64,000 nt of DNA from an uncultured Caldithrix sp. (GCA_964532875.1 CAZHIZ010000001.1:12100-76099); one strand, 5' to 3'; positions 38,173-47,491 are shown, counted from the stretch's first letter. The notes: a model not told the origin generated them from the sequence alone. A program made the numbers and translations.

Positions 38173-40147
38173 AAGGCTGACCCTTTTTGCAGGATTGCTT
38201 ATTTTGCTTTCCTGCCACACGGGCGGCCCGCAAAAAGTTGTGTACAAGGCGCAGGCGCTAAAAGCCCCCGTAGCCACACTCCAATTGGGGCCTTCCGTTT
38301 TTGTCCCGCAAATCATACTGCGGCAGCTTCATGTCTCCGAAGGCACTCCGGTTCGGGTGACCGTGAACCGCAAAAGCGAAGAATTACGCATTTACCGCCT
38401 GATCCGTCCCAGGGCCGGTTTCGCTTTGCACCGAAAATACCGCCAACAATTTGCCGTGGAATTGGGAAAAACCTATTCCCTGATTTTGCAAAAAATTCCG
38501 GCCGGTCAGGCCAGGCTTAAAGCGAAGCCGGTACGTTTTTGGGTGGAAAATTATCACGGAGACACCGCGCTGTGGAAACGTGTGGCCATCGGCGCACCGC
38601 ACGGCGATTGCGATCTGGAAACCGGTGCGGTGGTGCATTACTTGCAGAAAGAATTTCATGTTCCGGCAACAGCCGCTTACGGCGGAAGGCTTTCCTACCA
38701 CGGCATTTGGTACGATGTCAATCGACCCTTAATGAAATTGCCCAAAAAGGGCGGCGGGGTTATTCCCGAACGGGTTTGGAATGCCAAGGCCGAGAAAGTG
38801 TATCGTACCTATCAAGACAGCGTTTGGCGCAATAGCGGCCTGCATTTCGGGCAACGCTTCCGCTTTTTTACCAGTTTTCACGGTCATGATTTGACGGTGA
38901 AGTTGGCCAACGGTAAGGTAATCCAGCGCCCGGTGATCGAAGCGATGGGCATTGGTTTTAGTAAAAAAGATTTACGCAAAATCAAACGCTTTTACAATTC
39001 CCGTAAAAACGATTACTACGACAATCCGCCCATGTTGGTGTTCGGAAATTTGCCGGAAGATCGCGTTTATTATTATCAAAACATTCCGCTCAAATTTTTT
39101 TACAGCGGATTGGGTACGCGGGTGTACGGTTCTTTGCGCAGCGATCTCATTCGTTACGGATTGCATATCGAAACACCCAACAGCATGCGACTCGATCCGA
39201 AAGTGCAGCCGAAAACCGCACGCTTTTTGCACGATCTCTACCAATTTGTTCTGCAGGAAATTATTCAGCCCAAAGAAAACCGGCCTGACCTCTCAAAGTC
39301 CCTGCCCCCTGTTGCGCGGCAAATCCACCCCCGCATGATAACCGTTCCGGGCGGAGAATTTTTGATGGGAGCGCCACAAAGTGTAGGCTGGGCCAGCGAG
39401 CATCCCCAACATGCGGTGCGGGTTTCGCCCTTTAAAATAGATGCCTATGAAGTTACCAATGGGGAATTTGCCCGTTTTTTGAACCGCTGGTTTAAAAAGG
39501 GGCTGTTGGTTGTGGACAGCGGTCTGGTCAAAAACGCCCGGCATCCGGCGGAAATTTGGTTTCGTACCAGGGAAGCCGCCCCCATGAGTGAAATTTCCTT
39601 TAACGGTCGGGAATTTCAAGTGCTTAAAGGACGGGACGTATTTCCCGTGATTTACGTGAGTTGGTACGGGGCCAACGCGTTTGCTCTGGCCCAGGGCAAA
39701 CGTCTGCCCACGGAAGCCGAATGGGAAATGGCCGCTTCCTATGATTTTAAAACAAAGCACAAATATCTTTACGCCTATTCATCCGACAAAATCGACGAAA
39801 AACATTGCAACTTCCAGGACAGTCACGATCCCTTTGAATATGTTTCCGGTGCGGCTACCACACCGGTAAACTATTATTCCGTCGGCTCTCCCGAGGGCGT
39901 GTACGGAATGTCGGGCAATGTCATGGAATGGTGCTCGGATTATTATCAATACGATTATTACAAAAAGAACAAACAAAAAATCTGGGACAACCCGCAGGGG
40001 CCGGCAAAGGGGACCATGCGCACGGTGCGTGGCGGCGCCTGGAATCTGGAGCCGTGGATCGGCCGAACCACCTTTCGTCTGGGAATTAGTCCCAAAGCCA
40101 CGCTGGTCAATGTAGGGTTTCGTTGTGCCCGATCGCTGGCAAATTAA
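38147..40147 (+). CDS. lipoprotein: N-terminal unknown (possibly zinc-amidohydrolase-like) region fused to a C-terminal formylglycine-generating-enzyme (FGE/SUMF1)-type domain
   Basis: Lipobox 'LLILLSCHTG'. C-terminal 'MITVPGGEFLMGA', 'PQHAVRVSPFKIDAYEVTNGEF', 'LPTEAEWEMAAS', 'GNVMEWCSDYY', 'RTVRGGAWN', 'GFRCARS'. Confidence 0.8.
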   Translation: MNKLPRYFKRLTLFAGLLILLSCHTGGPQKVVYKAQALKAPVATLQLGPSVFVPQIILRQLHVSEGTPVRVTVNRKSEELRIYRLIRPRAGFALHRKYRQQFAVELGKTYSLILQKIPAGQARLKAKPVRFWVENYHGDTALWKRVAIGAPHGDCDLETGAVVHYLQKEFHVPATAAYGGRLSYHGIWYDVNRPLMKLPKKGGGVIPERVWNAKAEKVYRTYQDSVWRNSGLHFGQRFRFFTSFHGHDLTVKLANGKVIQRPVIEAMGIGFSKKDLRKIKRFYNSRKNDYYDNPPMLVFGNLPEDRVYYYQNIPLKFFYSGLGTRVYGSLRSDLIRYGLHIETPNSMRLDPKVQPKTARFLHDLYQFVLQEIIQPKENRPDLSKSLPPVARQIHPRMITVPGGEFLMGAPQSVGWASEHPQHAVRVSPFKIDAYEVTNGEFARFLNRWFKKGLLVVDSGLVKNARHPAEIWFRTREAAPMSEISFNGREFQVLKGRDVFPVIYVSWYGANAFALAQGKRLPTEAEWEMAASYDFKTKHKYLYAYSSDKIDEKHCNFQDSHDPFEYVSGAATTPVNYYSVGSPEGVYGMSGNVMEWCSDYYQYDYYKKNKQKIWDNPQGPAKGTMRTVRGGAWNLEPWIGRTTFRLGISPKATLVNVGFRCARSLAN

Positions 40148-40157
40148 AGGAGAGCGC

Positions 40158-42158
40158 ATGTCCGCTTTTTTTAAAACGATTGTCCCATTACTATTTTTGC
40201 TGTACGGTTTTGCTTTGCCCAAAGCGGTAACTCAAAAGCAAGCCTTGCGTGTGGCAAATACGGTTTTGCAAAGAGAAAAAGAATTCGCGGGCCACGGTCC
40301 CTTTGCGGTTGGCGAAATACGTAAAATTGCTTGCTCGGCCCCAACGGATTCTTTGTACCTCGTTTCGCTTAAACCGCGGGGCTTTTTGCTGCTGAATGCC
40401 GACGACCGATTAAGGCCGCTGATCGGCTATTCGCGGCAAAATACTTTTTCCGGCGGGGCAACGGTACGGCTATTATTGGAAAAAATAGTGCGGGTGCAAC
40501 GTCGCGTGGCTCTCTTCGATACCCGCTGGGTGCAAAAAAATCGCCTGAACTGGCGCTCGTTATCAAAAGGCGGTAGCCCGGTTTTGGCCAAAACGAGCGG
40601 GGACAGCGTGTATTATTTTCCCACGCCGGTTTGGGGCCAGGGCATGGTGAACGGCGTGTACGTGTTCAATTATTACACGCCGAATCACTGGTCGGCCGGA
40701 TGTGTGGCCACGGCTCTGGCCGAAGTATTGGCCTTTTTCCGGTGGCCGCCGGTGGGAACCGCTTCTCATTGCTACACGGAAAACGATGCCGGCCAACTGT
40801 GCGCCGATTACCAAAATACCCATTACGATTGGCCTGACATTCTGCCGAAATACATCAATGAGCACACCACAGCGCAGCAGCGCCGCGCAGCGGGATTGTT
40901 GACTTACCATGCGGCTATCAGCGTGAATATGGATTTTTCGGCCAACGGTTCAACGGCCAATGTGTCTAACGTTCCCTATGCCTTGCACCATTATTTTCGC
41001 TTTAGCGGTCATTACAAATCGGCCGGAGAAACCGATTTTTGGACGGAGCTTATCCATAACATGAAAGATGCCCGTCCGGCGATTTTGGCCATTTCCCGTT
41101 CCAGCGACGGATTCGGCCATGCGATTGTTGCCGACGGCTATTCCGAACACAACGGGTTATTCCATTTGAATATGGGCTGGAACGGCAGCGATAACGGTTG
41201 GTACGATATTCGCGGCGATTGGAACGTGAGTGGCTACGACATCGTCAACGGAGCCACCAAGGGCATCGTCCCCAGTCCCATGATTTGTCCCGAGGTAACC
41301 ATGCTTTCTGCCAGGCAGTTTATTTTAAGCTGGCGTGTCAGCCGCTACCAGAAAGCCTGCTACTACCAGGTGCAGCAGGCTCAGGCTGCCGGCGGGCCCT
41401 GGACCACCCTTGCGGAAGCGGTGACCGATACCTTTTTGCAGATCAGCGTACCGCAAATATCGCGCTATTACTATCGGGTACGTGCGCGCCGGGACGATAT
41501 TTGGTGGGATTGGTCGGCCGTGCAGTCGGTTAGTTTGGGCGGCCCGCGCTACCTGACCTTTAATGTGGACATGCGTTACCAGACCCTGACGCAAGGCGAC
41601 AGCGTAGTTTTGCGCGGTAATGTGCCGCCGCTGAAAGGAAGTGTAAACAGTCGGGCTTTGCAGGATGAAGACGGCGATTCGGTTTATTCTCTTACCTTGC
41701 CCTTTGACGTGGCCTATGTGGGACATGAATTGTTGTACCGCTTTGCCATTGCCGGTGCCGCCGGTACGCATCTGGAATCCTTTAACCGGAGCTATGTGAT
41801 CGGAGCTCAGGAATACCAGAATTTGGATACGGTTTTTTTCGATGATTACACGGCATTGGCTAGGCAGGATTTGCTTCCCGAGCATAGCCGATTGATCGGT
41901 AATTTCCCCAATCCCTTCAATCCGGTTACGTTCATTCGCTATCGCATTGCCAAAGAGAAAGGGCGCCCTTCCGTGCATGTCCGGCTGACGATTTACAACG
42001 TTTTGGGACAAACCGTAGCGCGATTGATCGATAAGAATCAATCGGCCGGAGAATATCGCGTTCGTTTCCGGGCCGACGGTTTACCGGCCGGTTTGTATTT
42101 TTGTCGCTTACAGACGGATGATTGCAGCGGAGTGCGTAAGATGATTTTAATCAAATAA
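40158..42158 (+). CDS. C10 (streptopain-like) cysteine peptidase with Spi-type propeptide, Ig/CBM-like domain and T9SS C-terminal sorting domain
   Basis: Catalytic Cys 'WSAGCVATALAEVLAFF' and His 'GHAIVADGY', then 'MGWNGSDNGWYD'. CTD 'FPNPFNPVT...LTIYNVLGQTV...GLYFCRL...RKMILIK'. Start at MSAFFK (AAGGAGAG upstream). Confidence 0.85.
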   Translation: MSAFFKTIVPLLFLLYGFALPKAVTQKQALRVANTVLQREKEFAGHGPFAVGEIRKIACSAPTDSLYLVSLKPRGFLLLNADDRLRPLIGYSRQNTFSGGATVRLLLEKIVRVQRRVALFDTRWVQKNRLNWRSLSKGGSPVLAKTSGDSVYYFPTPVWGQGMVNGVYVFNYYTPNHWSAGCVATALAEVLAFFRWPPVGTASHCYTENDAGQLCADYQNTHYDWPDILPKYINEHTTAQQRRAAGLLTYHAAISVNMDFSANGSTANVSNVPYALHHYFRFSGHYKSAGETDFWTELIHNMKDARPAILAISRSSDGFGHAIVADGYSEHNGLFHLNMGWNGSDNGWYDIRGDWNVSGYDIVNGATKGIVPSPMICPEVTMLSARQFILSWRVSRYQKACYYQVQQAQAAGGPWTTLAEAVTDTFLQISVPQISRYYYRVRARRDDIWWDWSAVQSVSLGGPRYLTFNVDMRYQTLTQGDSVVLRGNVPPLKGSVNSRALQDEDGDSVYSLTLPFDVAYVGHELLYRFAIAGAAGTHLESFNRSYVIGAQEYQNLDTVFFDDYTALARQDLLPEHSRLIGNFPNPFNPVTFIRYRIAKEKGRPSVHVRLTIYNVLGQTVARLIDKNQSAGEYRVRFRADGLPAGLYFCRLQTDDCSGVRKMILIK

Positions 42159-42209
42159 AATGAGTAACAGATAAAAGGCTTTAACAACCTTAAAAAAGGA
42201 GGGTAATCA

Positions 42210-44531
42210 ATGAATAAGATTGTTACCGTACTCATCTTGCTTTTAAGCATGGCCTTTTTGTGGGCGCAAGAGAATTTGAGTAAGGTGTGCGAAGTGGACT
42301 ATTTTAACGCCACCCGTTACAGCGGGGGACGCAACATCGCGCGTACACCTTCCGGAAATGTGGTGGTGGTTTTCGAACCCGGGGCCAATTACACCAACGG
42401 CAGTCAGGATATTCATTACGCCATTTACAACAGTATTTTCGGTAGTTGGGATGTGGCTAAACTGAGCAATTCGCCTTCCAATGCCGCCGGAACACCGGCC
42501 ATTGTTTCCGATCCCGATTCCAATGTTTGCTATGCCGTGTGGAAGCAAAAAAACGAAAGCGGCGACCGCGATTTGATGTTTTCCAAATTGACCTTTCTCG
42601 ATCCCTACACGAGCACCTGGAGTGAACCCGTGGTAGCGGACAACGTGAACACCAATACCGGCGTGTGCACCGTGGATATTGCGGATAACGGCGTCCTGTT
42701 CGGTTTGTTTTCCGTCTGGGATAAGGGCCTGAACTATCCGGCCAACATCTATTGCAGTCGTAGCGAAGACGGCGGAGCAACCTGGACAACCGACAATTTA
42801 ACTTCGGAATTTCCCACGCCCAATGAACTGCCTTTCGAATGGATAGATGTTTCCTTAGCTCCCGGTAAAAACGGGGTCATGTATGCCGCCTGGGAAGACA
42901 AACCCAAGGAATTGACCAATTCTTACGAAATTCTGTTCACCAAATACACGCCGGGACAGGGTTGGGAACGCCCGCAGGTTATTACACCCATCGTGGAAGG
43001 GGAAGCCTTTTTGCAACACTATGTGGATGGCTGTACGCCCCGTCCGGGTGCCGTTTCCGTTTACGAAATGGGGCCTGCCTCGTACAAGTTCGCCGGAGAA
43101 AGCTCGGTTATTTATTACGATAACGGGACTTCGGAAGCATTGTCTTGCATGTTCAATCCCTACTACATCGTTCCGCCCGAAACCAAAGATCAATGGGTAG
43201 CGGATGTGGTTCATTTTTTCAACCTGAATTCGGGTGACAGCATCTTGTTTGTGGATGATGACAATAAGTACAATAACGAAAAGATCATGACCGATGCCCT
43301 GGATAAGATGAACGCCCCTTACACGACATTCGATTGCGGTAATCTGGACGGCATGCCCGAACGGGTTCCCGACGCCGATTTGTTGAAACGCTACGCTCTG
43401 GTTATCTGGTTTACCGGTGATGACTACAACGGCAATTTGGCTTTTTGGGATATCAACGATACGCTGAACACGGATTTGAAAAATTACATGGATACGCAAG
43501 GTAAAAAATTGTGGGTCATCGGACGCGATTGGATTTACGATCGCTACGGAGCGGCTCCGGATACGTTCCGCACGGGCGACTTCATGTACGATTATCTGGG
43601 TATTGCTTCCTACGATTGTCAATCCTGGGCAGACGACGGCAAGACCGGAGTTTCCGAACTGGATTTGGTGAGCGACAACGGCTTGCAAATGACCGATATC
43701 GAAAAATTATCCTGGGGGAATGCCGGTATTTGGCAGGGCAAGGTATCCATGGCCAGCGATCCCGCGGGCAATGTGCACATCGTGTACGATCAGGACAAGG
43801 GCAAGCACGTATTTTACATGATGTTCGACGGTACGAATTGGAGCGATCCGATCCAAATCGACGCCACGCCCGATTCCGTACCTATCGTGCGCCCCAACAT
43901 TGCTTGCGATCCCAATTACGGCTTGTACGTTGTCTGGACTCAGGCCACGGGCAAGGACACGGTGGAAGGTAAGGAAAAAACGGTGTACAATGTCTTCTAC
44001 GCGACTTCGCCCGACGGCGGCAAAACCTGGAACGCTCCGCAGCAATTAAGCCAAACCACCGTGGCCGATGCCAAAGGCTATTCCGTAAGAAATCCGACCA
44101 TTGGCGAACAGGTGCGTAAACCCATTGAAGGCGTGTTCGAAGGCGGTGCCGATGTGGTGTGGACGGAATACAATCCGGAATCGACTATGGGATATTACAT
44201 CATGTACGCACGCATCCCGTATGTGGGTACCTTAACCTCCATCGATCAGGGCAAAAGCGGGCATCCGTACACGTTTGCCTTACGCGCCAACTATCCCAAT
44301 CCGTTCAATCCGCAAACGACATTGCGCTTCGAAATTCCCCGACAGAGTCGTGTGCGTCTGGAAATTTACAACGCCCTGGGGCAAAAGGTGGCCACATTGA
44401 TCGATGAGATGATGAAGGCCGGAAGCTACCGGAAAACCTGGCAGGCAGGAAGCATGCCCAGCGGAATCTATTTTGCCCGTTTAAAAGCCGCAGGCAGGGA
44501 AGCGGTTCAAAAAATGATCTTGCTTAAGTAG
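42210..44531 (+). CDS. BNR/sialidase-like beta-propeller protein with an inserted ~240-aa domain and T9SS CTD
   Basis: BNR motifs 'SRSEDGGATWT' and 'SPDGGKTWN'. An insert at residues ~268-510 is homologous to domains in the next gene. CTD 'NYPNPFNPQTT...LEIYNALGQKV...GIYFARL...QKMILLK'. AGGAGG SD. Confidence 0.8.
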   Translation: MNKIVTVLILLLSMAFLWAQENLSKVCEVDYFNATRYSGGRNIARTPSGNVVVVFEPGANYTNGSQDIHYAIYNSIFGSWDVAKLSNSPSNAAGTPAIVSDPDSNVCYAVWKQKNESGDRDLMFSKLTFLDPYTSTWSEPVVADNVNTNTGVCTVDIADNGVLFGLFSVWDKGLNYPANIYCSRSEDGGATWTTDNLTSEFPTPNELPFEWIDVSLAPGKNGVMYAAWEDKPKELTNSYEILFTKYTPGQGWERPQVITPIVEGEAFLQHYVDGCTPRPGAVSVYEMGPASYKFAGESSVIYYDNGTSEALSCMFNPYYIVPPETKDQWVADVVHFFNLNSGDSILFVDDDNKYNNEKIMTDALDKMNAPYTTFDCGNLDGMPERVPDADLLKRYALVIWFTGDDYNGNLAFWDINDTLNTDLKNYMDTQGKKLWVIGRDWIYDRYGAAPDTFRTGDFMYDYLGIASYDCQSWADDGKTGVSELDLVSDNGLQMTDIEKLSWGNAGIWQGKVSMASDPAGNVHIVYDQDKGKHVFYMMFDGTNWSDPIQIDATPDSVPIVRPNIACDPNYGLYVVWTQATGKDTVEGKEKTVYNVFYATSPDGGKTWNAPQQLSQTTVADAKGYSVRNPTIGEQVRKPIEGVFEGGADVVWTEYNPESTMGYYIMYARIPYVGTLTSIDQGKSGHPYTFALRANYPNPFNPQTTLRFEIPRQSRVRLEIYNALGQKVATLIDEMMKAGSYRKTWQAGSMPSGIYFARLKAAGREAVQKMILLK

Positions 44532-44543
44532 AAAAGAAAAAAG

Positions 44544-44612
44544 GGTCATTGCATGAAACGCCATGACGCGCGCTGGGGGGCTTGCGAAACAAAGCGTTTT
44601 TTTGCAATGACC
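44544..44612 (+). terminator. long imperfect hairpin (outer stem GGTCATTGCA/TGCAATGACC, inner AAACGC/GCGTTT)
   Basis: Nested inverted repeats 13 nt after the stop of 42210..44531. An internal T-run (gcgttttttt) precedes the outer closing arm. It could be a terminator or a REP-like element. Confidence 0.4.
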
Positions 44613-44668
44613 TCCTTTAAATTAAACAAAATTTTATTAAAGTGAAATGTTTAAGTAAAGGAGAAAAG

Positions 44669-47491
44669 ATGCGAAGAACTTTTGCTTATTTAATGGTAGG
44701 AATGTTCCTTTTGTTAAGCGTACATTCCGTTTTTTCGGGTACGCTCAAAATCCTTTTAGTGGATGATGATAATTATTCCAGTCCGGATCATCTGCCCTAC
44801 ATCGAACAGGCCATTACCGATGCCGGTTACACCTACGATCTGTTCAATGCACAGGATAGCGCCCGTTCGCCCGATGCGGCTCTCATGTCGCAGTACAATC
44901 TGGTGTTCTGGTACAATGCCAATGACGGTGTGGGCGGTTATTTTTGGGACGGCCGCGACACCGTAAATACCCAGATCGTTTCCTATTTAAATCAGGGCGG
45001 CTGGATGTGGATCATGGGCAACGACATTATTTACGATCGATACGGCGGCGCTCCGGATACGTTTTCTACCGGCGATTTTTTGTACGATTATTTCGGTTTG
45101 CAGCGCTACGACGTACAATCCAAAAAAGATGACGGCGGAAGCGGTGTGCCCATGCTCATTCGCGTGCCCGGGCAGGATGTGGCTTCGGCTCCGGACACCA
45201 TTCGGTGGAAATATTCCGGCCTGTATTATGTGGACGGTTGTACGCTGCGCCCGGAAGCACAGGCCGTGTACAACATGGGCGACGATTCCTACGTTCTGGC
45301 CGGTTACACGTCCGCTTCGTTTTACGATAACGGAACGTTCAAAGCGTTCGGCTGCTATTTTGATGCCTATTACATTAAACCGGAGGAAGACCGCACCACC
45401 TTGTTCAAAAGCGTTTTGGATTATTTCGCCTCACAATTGGCGCCGACTTTTCCCCCGACGGAATTTTCTTTGCAGCAACCGGAGAACGGACGTTGGTTTG
45501 CCGTAGGCCAGGCCGATGATTTCGTGCATTTTAGTTGGGAGAAAAGCAGTGACCCGGACGGGACACCCGTAATCTATCGCTTGTATTTGGGAACCACGGC
45601 GGATGTCTCGGAAAGTTCAGTTCTGGAAATGGATACTTCGGCCACGGCGGTGGATATTTCGAATCGTGATTTGCAAAATTTAGTGGCCGTCGGCGATACG
45701 CTTCACCTGTATTGGAGCGTGCGGGCTAAAGACGGAGAGGGCGAAACCACCTGGGCCAGCGATACATTTGCCGTTACTCTGGTGAATATCGAAAATCAGC
45801 CACCGAGCGCGTTTCATTTGCAGCAACCGGAAGACGGTGCCTCGTACGCGGTTACCAATATGACGGATAGTTTGGTGTTCTCATGGCAAAGCAGTAACGA
45901 TCCGGAAGGCGGGACGTTGCAGCAGACCTTTTACTATTGGAGCAGCGGAGAAGGCGCCTTTCACGAAATGCTTTCTGTGCCCCAGGGGGAACATTCCGCT
46001 GCTCTGAGCAACGAACGCTTGCTTTCTTTGCTCGGCGGACAGGATAGCCTGCGCCTGCTGTGGACAGTGGTAGCAAGTGATGTCTTTGGCGCCGAAACCG
46101 CTGCCGATACGTTTGCCGTGGTCATCATCAATCAATACAATGTGATTACTCAGGGCCCTGAGTTGCAATATCCGGTGAATCATCATCATTTCTTTTTCCG
46201 TCAGGGCGGAGCCGCCGAACTGCATTTTTCATGGAAACCGGCTCAGGCCTATCACAATCCTTTGTACACCGTGAAAGTTCGGGACGAAGCCGATAATGTC
46301 GTGTTGCAAAGCGATACCACGGGCACAGAGACAACGCTGAATTTTGCTCCCGTGCTTGATGCCCTCACGGCCGATACGGTGAACTTCACGTGGAATGTAA
46401 CCGCCTCTCTGACCGATTCGGTCCATCAAATGGCCGTTAACGGGCCTTACACTCTTACCTTCGTGCGTCAGGTGGCCAAAGTAATGGTGGTGTTCGATGA
46501 CAACCACACCAATCACAACGATATCATTCGGGATGCTTTGAACGATCTTAATCTGGATTACACGGATTTTGATTGCGGAAACGACGGCAGCGATCTCCCG
46601 GCCCAGATTCCCACTTTTGATCAACTGAAAGCAAACGATCTCGTTTTTTGGTTCACGGGCAATGACGGCAAGGGATTGGCCCTGTGGAACGGACACGACA
46701 CGTTAAACACGGATTTGCAGCACTATCTGGATAACGGTGGCAAATTATGGGTGGCCGGAATCGACTTCTTGTACGATTTGTACGGCGGCGCGCCGGATAC
46801 GTTTCAGGCCGGTGATTTCGTCTTCGATTATTTGGGCATTAGCAGTTACGACGCCCAGTCCAAAAAGGACGACGGTGGTAAAGGGTTACCAATGGCCATT
46901 TTAGACCGCAATGATGCCCCGCAGGGTTTGGAGAGCATCGACACCTTGCTCTGGAAATACAGCACTCTGTGGTACGTGGATGCCATTACCCCGGTGGAAG
47001 GCGCCAAGGTGGTCTATCGTATGGGGCCGGCCGATTATGCTCTGGCCGGTGATCCGGTTTTTATCTGTTACCAGACGCCGGATTTCCTGACTTTGACCAC
47101 GACCTTTAATCCGCGGCAGTTTAAGGAAGACGAGCATCGTAAAATGTTAAAGCACTTTTTGTTCGACGGATTGAACTGGATGCAACGGCAAACCTTAACC
47201 GCTCTGCCCGGCAAAGAGACCGTCCTACCCACGGCTTTTACCATCAGCCAGAATTTTCCCAATCCGTTTAATCCCACAACGTCGATTCCCGTGGCCTTAC
47301 CGGCAACAGGAAAGGTGGCCTTAACGATTTACAACGTTCTTGGGCAAAAGATTGTGCAAAAGGAATATCGCCTAAGTGCCGGCCGTCATCTGCTCAGGGT
47401 AAACGGCTTGAATATGGCATCCGGGATTTATTATTATCAGGTCACTTTCAAGAAACATTCTCTTACGGGTAAGATGATTTTGCTCAAATAA
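44669..47491 (+). CDS. multi-domain T9SS cargo: unknown domain X, three ~105-aa Ig/FN3-like repeats, a second domain X, then the CTD
   Basis: Signal peptide 'MVGMFLLLSVHSVFSG'. Two internal copies of the 'VDDDN...LVFWF.GNDG...LW..G.D..YD.YGGAPDTF..GDF..DY.G...YD.QSKKDDGG.G.P' domain. CTD 'NFPNPFNPTT...LTIYNVLGQKI...GIYYYQV...GKMILLK'. Start at MRRTF (AAGGAGA upstream). Confidence 0.85.
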   Translation: MRRTFAYLMVGMFLLLSVHSVFSGTLKILLVDDDNYSSPDHLPYIEQAITDAGYTYDLFNAQDSARSPDAALMSQYNLVFWYNANDGVGGYFWDGRDTVNTQIVSYLNQGGWMWIMGNDIIYDRYGGAPDTFSTGDFLYDYFGLQRYDVQSKKDDGGSGVPMLIRVPGQDVASAPDTIRWKYSGLYYVDGCTLRPEAQAVYNMGDDSYVLAGYTSASFYDNGTFKAFGCYFDAYYIKPEEDRTTLFKSVLDYFASQLAPTFPPTEFSLQQPENGRWFAVGQADDFVHFSWEKSSDPDGTPVIYRLYLGTTADVSESSVLEMDTSATAVDISNRDLQNLVAVGDTLHLYWSVRAKDGEGETTWASDTFAVTLVNIENQPPSAFHLQQPEDGASYAVTNMTDSLVFSWQSSNDPEGGTLQQTFYYWSSGEGAFHEMLSVPQGEHSAALSNERLLSLLGGQDSLRLLWTVVASDVFGAETAADTFAVVIINQYNVITQGPELQYPVNHHHFFFRQGGAAELHFSWKPAQAYHNPLYTVKVRDEADNVVLQSDTTGTETTLNFAPVLDALTADTVNFTWNVTASLTDSVHQMAVNGPYTLTFVRQVAKVMVVFDDNHTNHNDIIRDALNDLNLDYTDFDCGNDGSDLPAQIPTFDQLKANDLVFWFTGNDGKGLALWNGHDTLNTDLQHYLDNGGKLWVAGIDFLYDLYGGAPDTFQAGDFVFDYLGISSYDAQSKKDDGGKGLPMAILDRNDAPQGLESIDTLLWKYSTLWYVDAITPVEGAKVVYRMGPADYALAGDPVFICYQTPDFLTLTTTFNPRQFKEDEHRKMLKHFLFDGLNWMQRQTLTALPGKETVLPTAFTISQNFPNPFNPTTSIPVALPATGKVALTIYNVLGQKIVQKEYRLSAGRHLLRVNGLNMASGIYYYQVTFKKHSLTGKMILLK

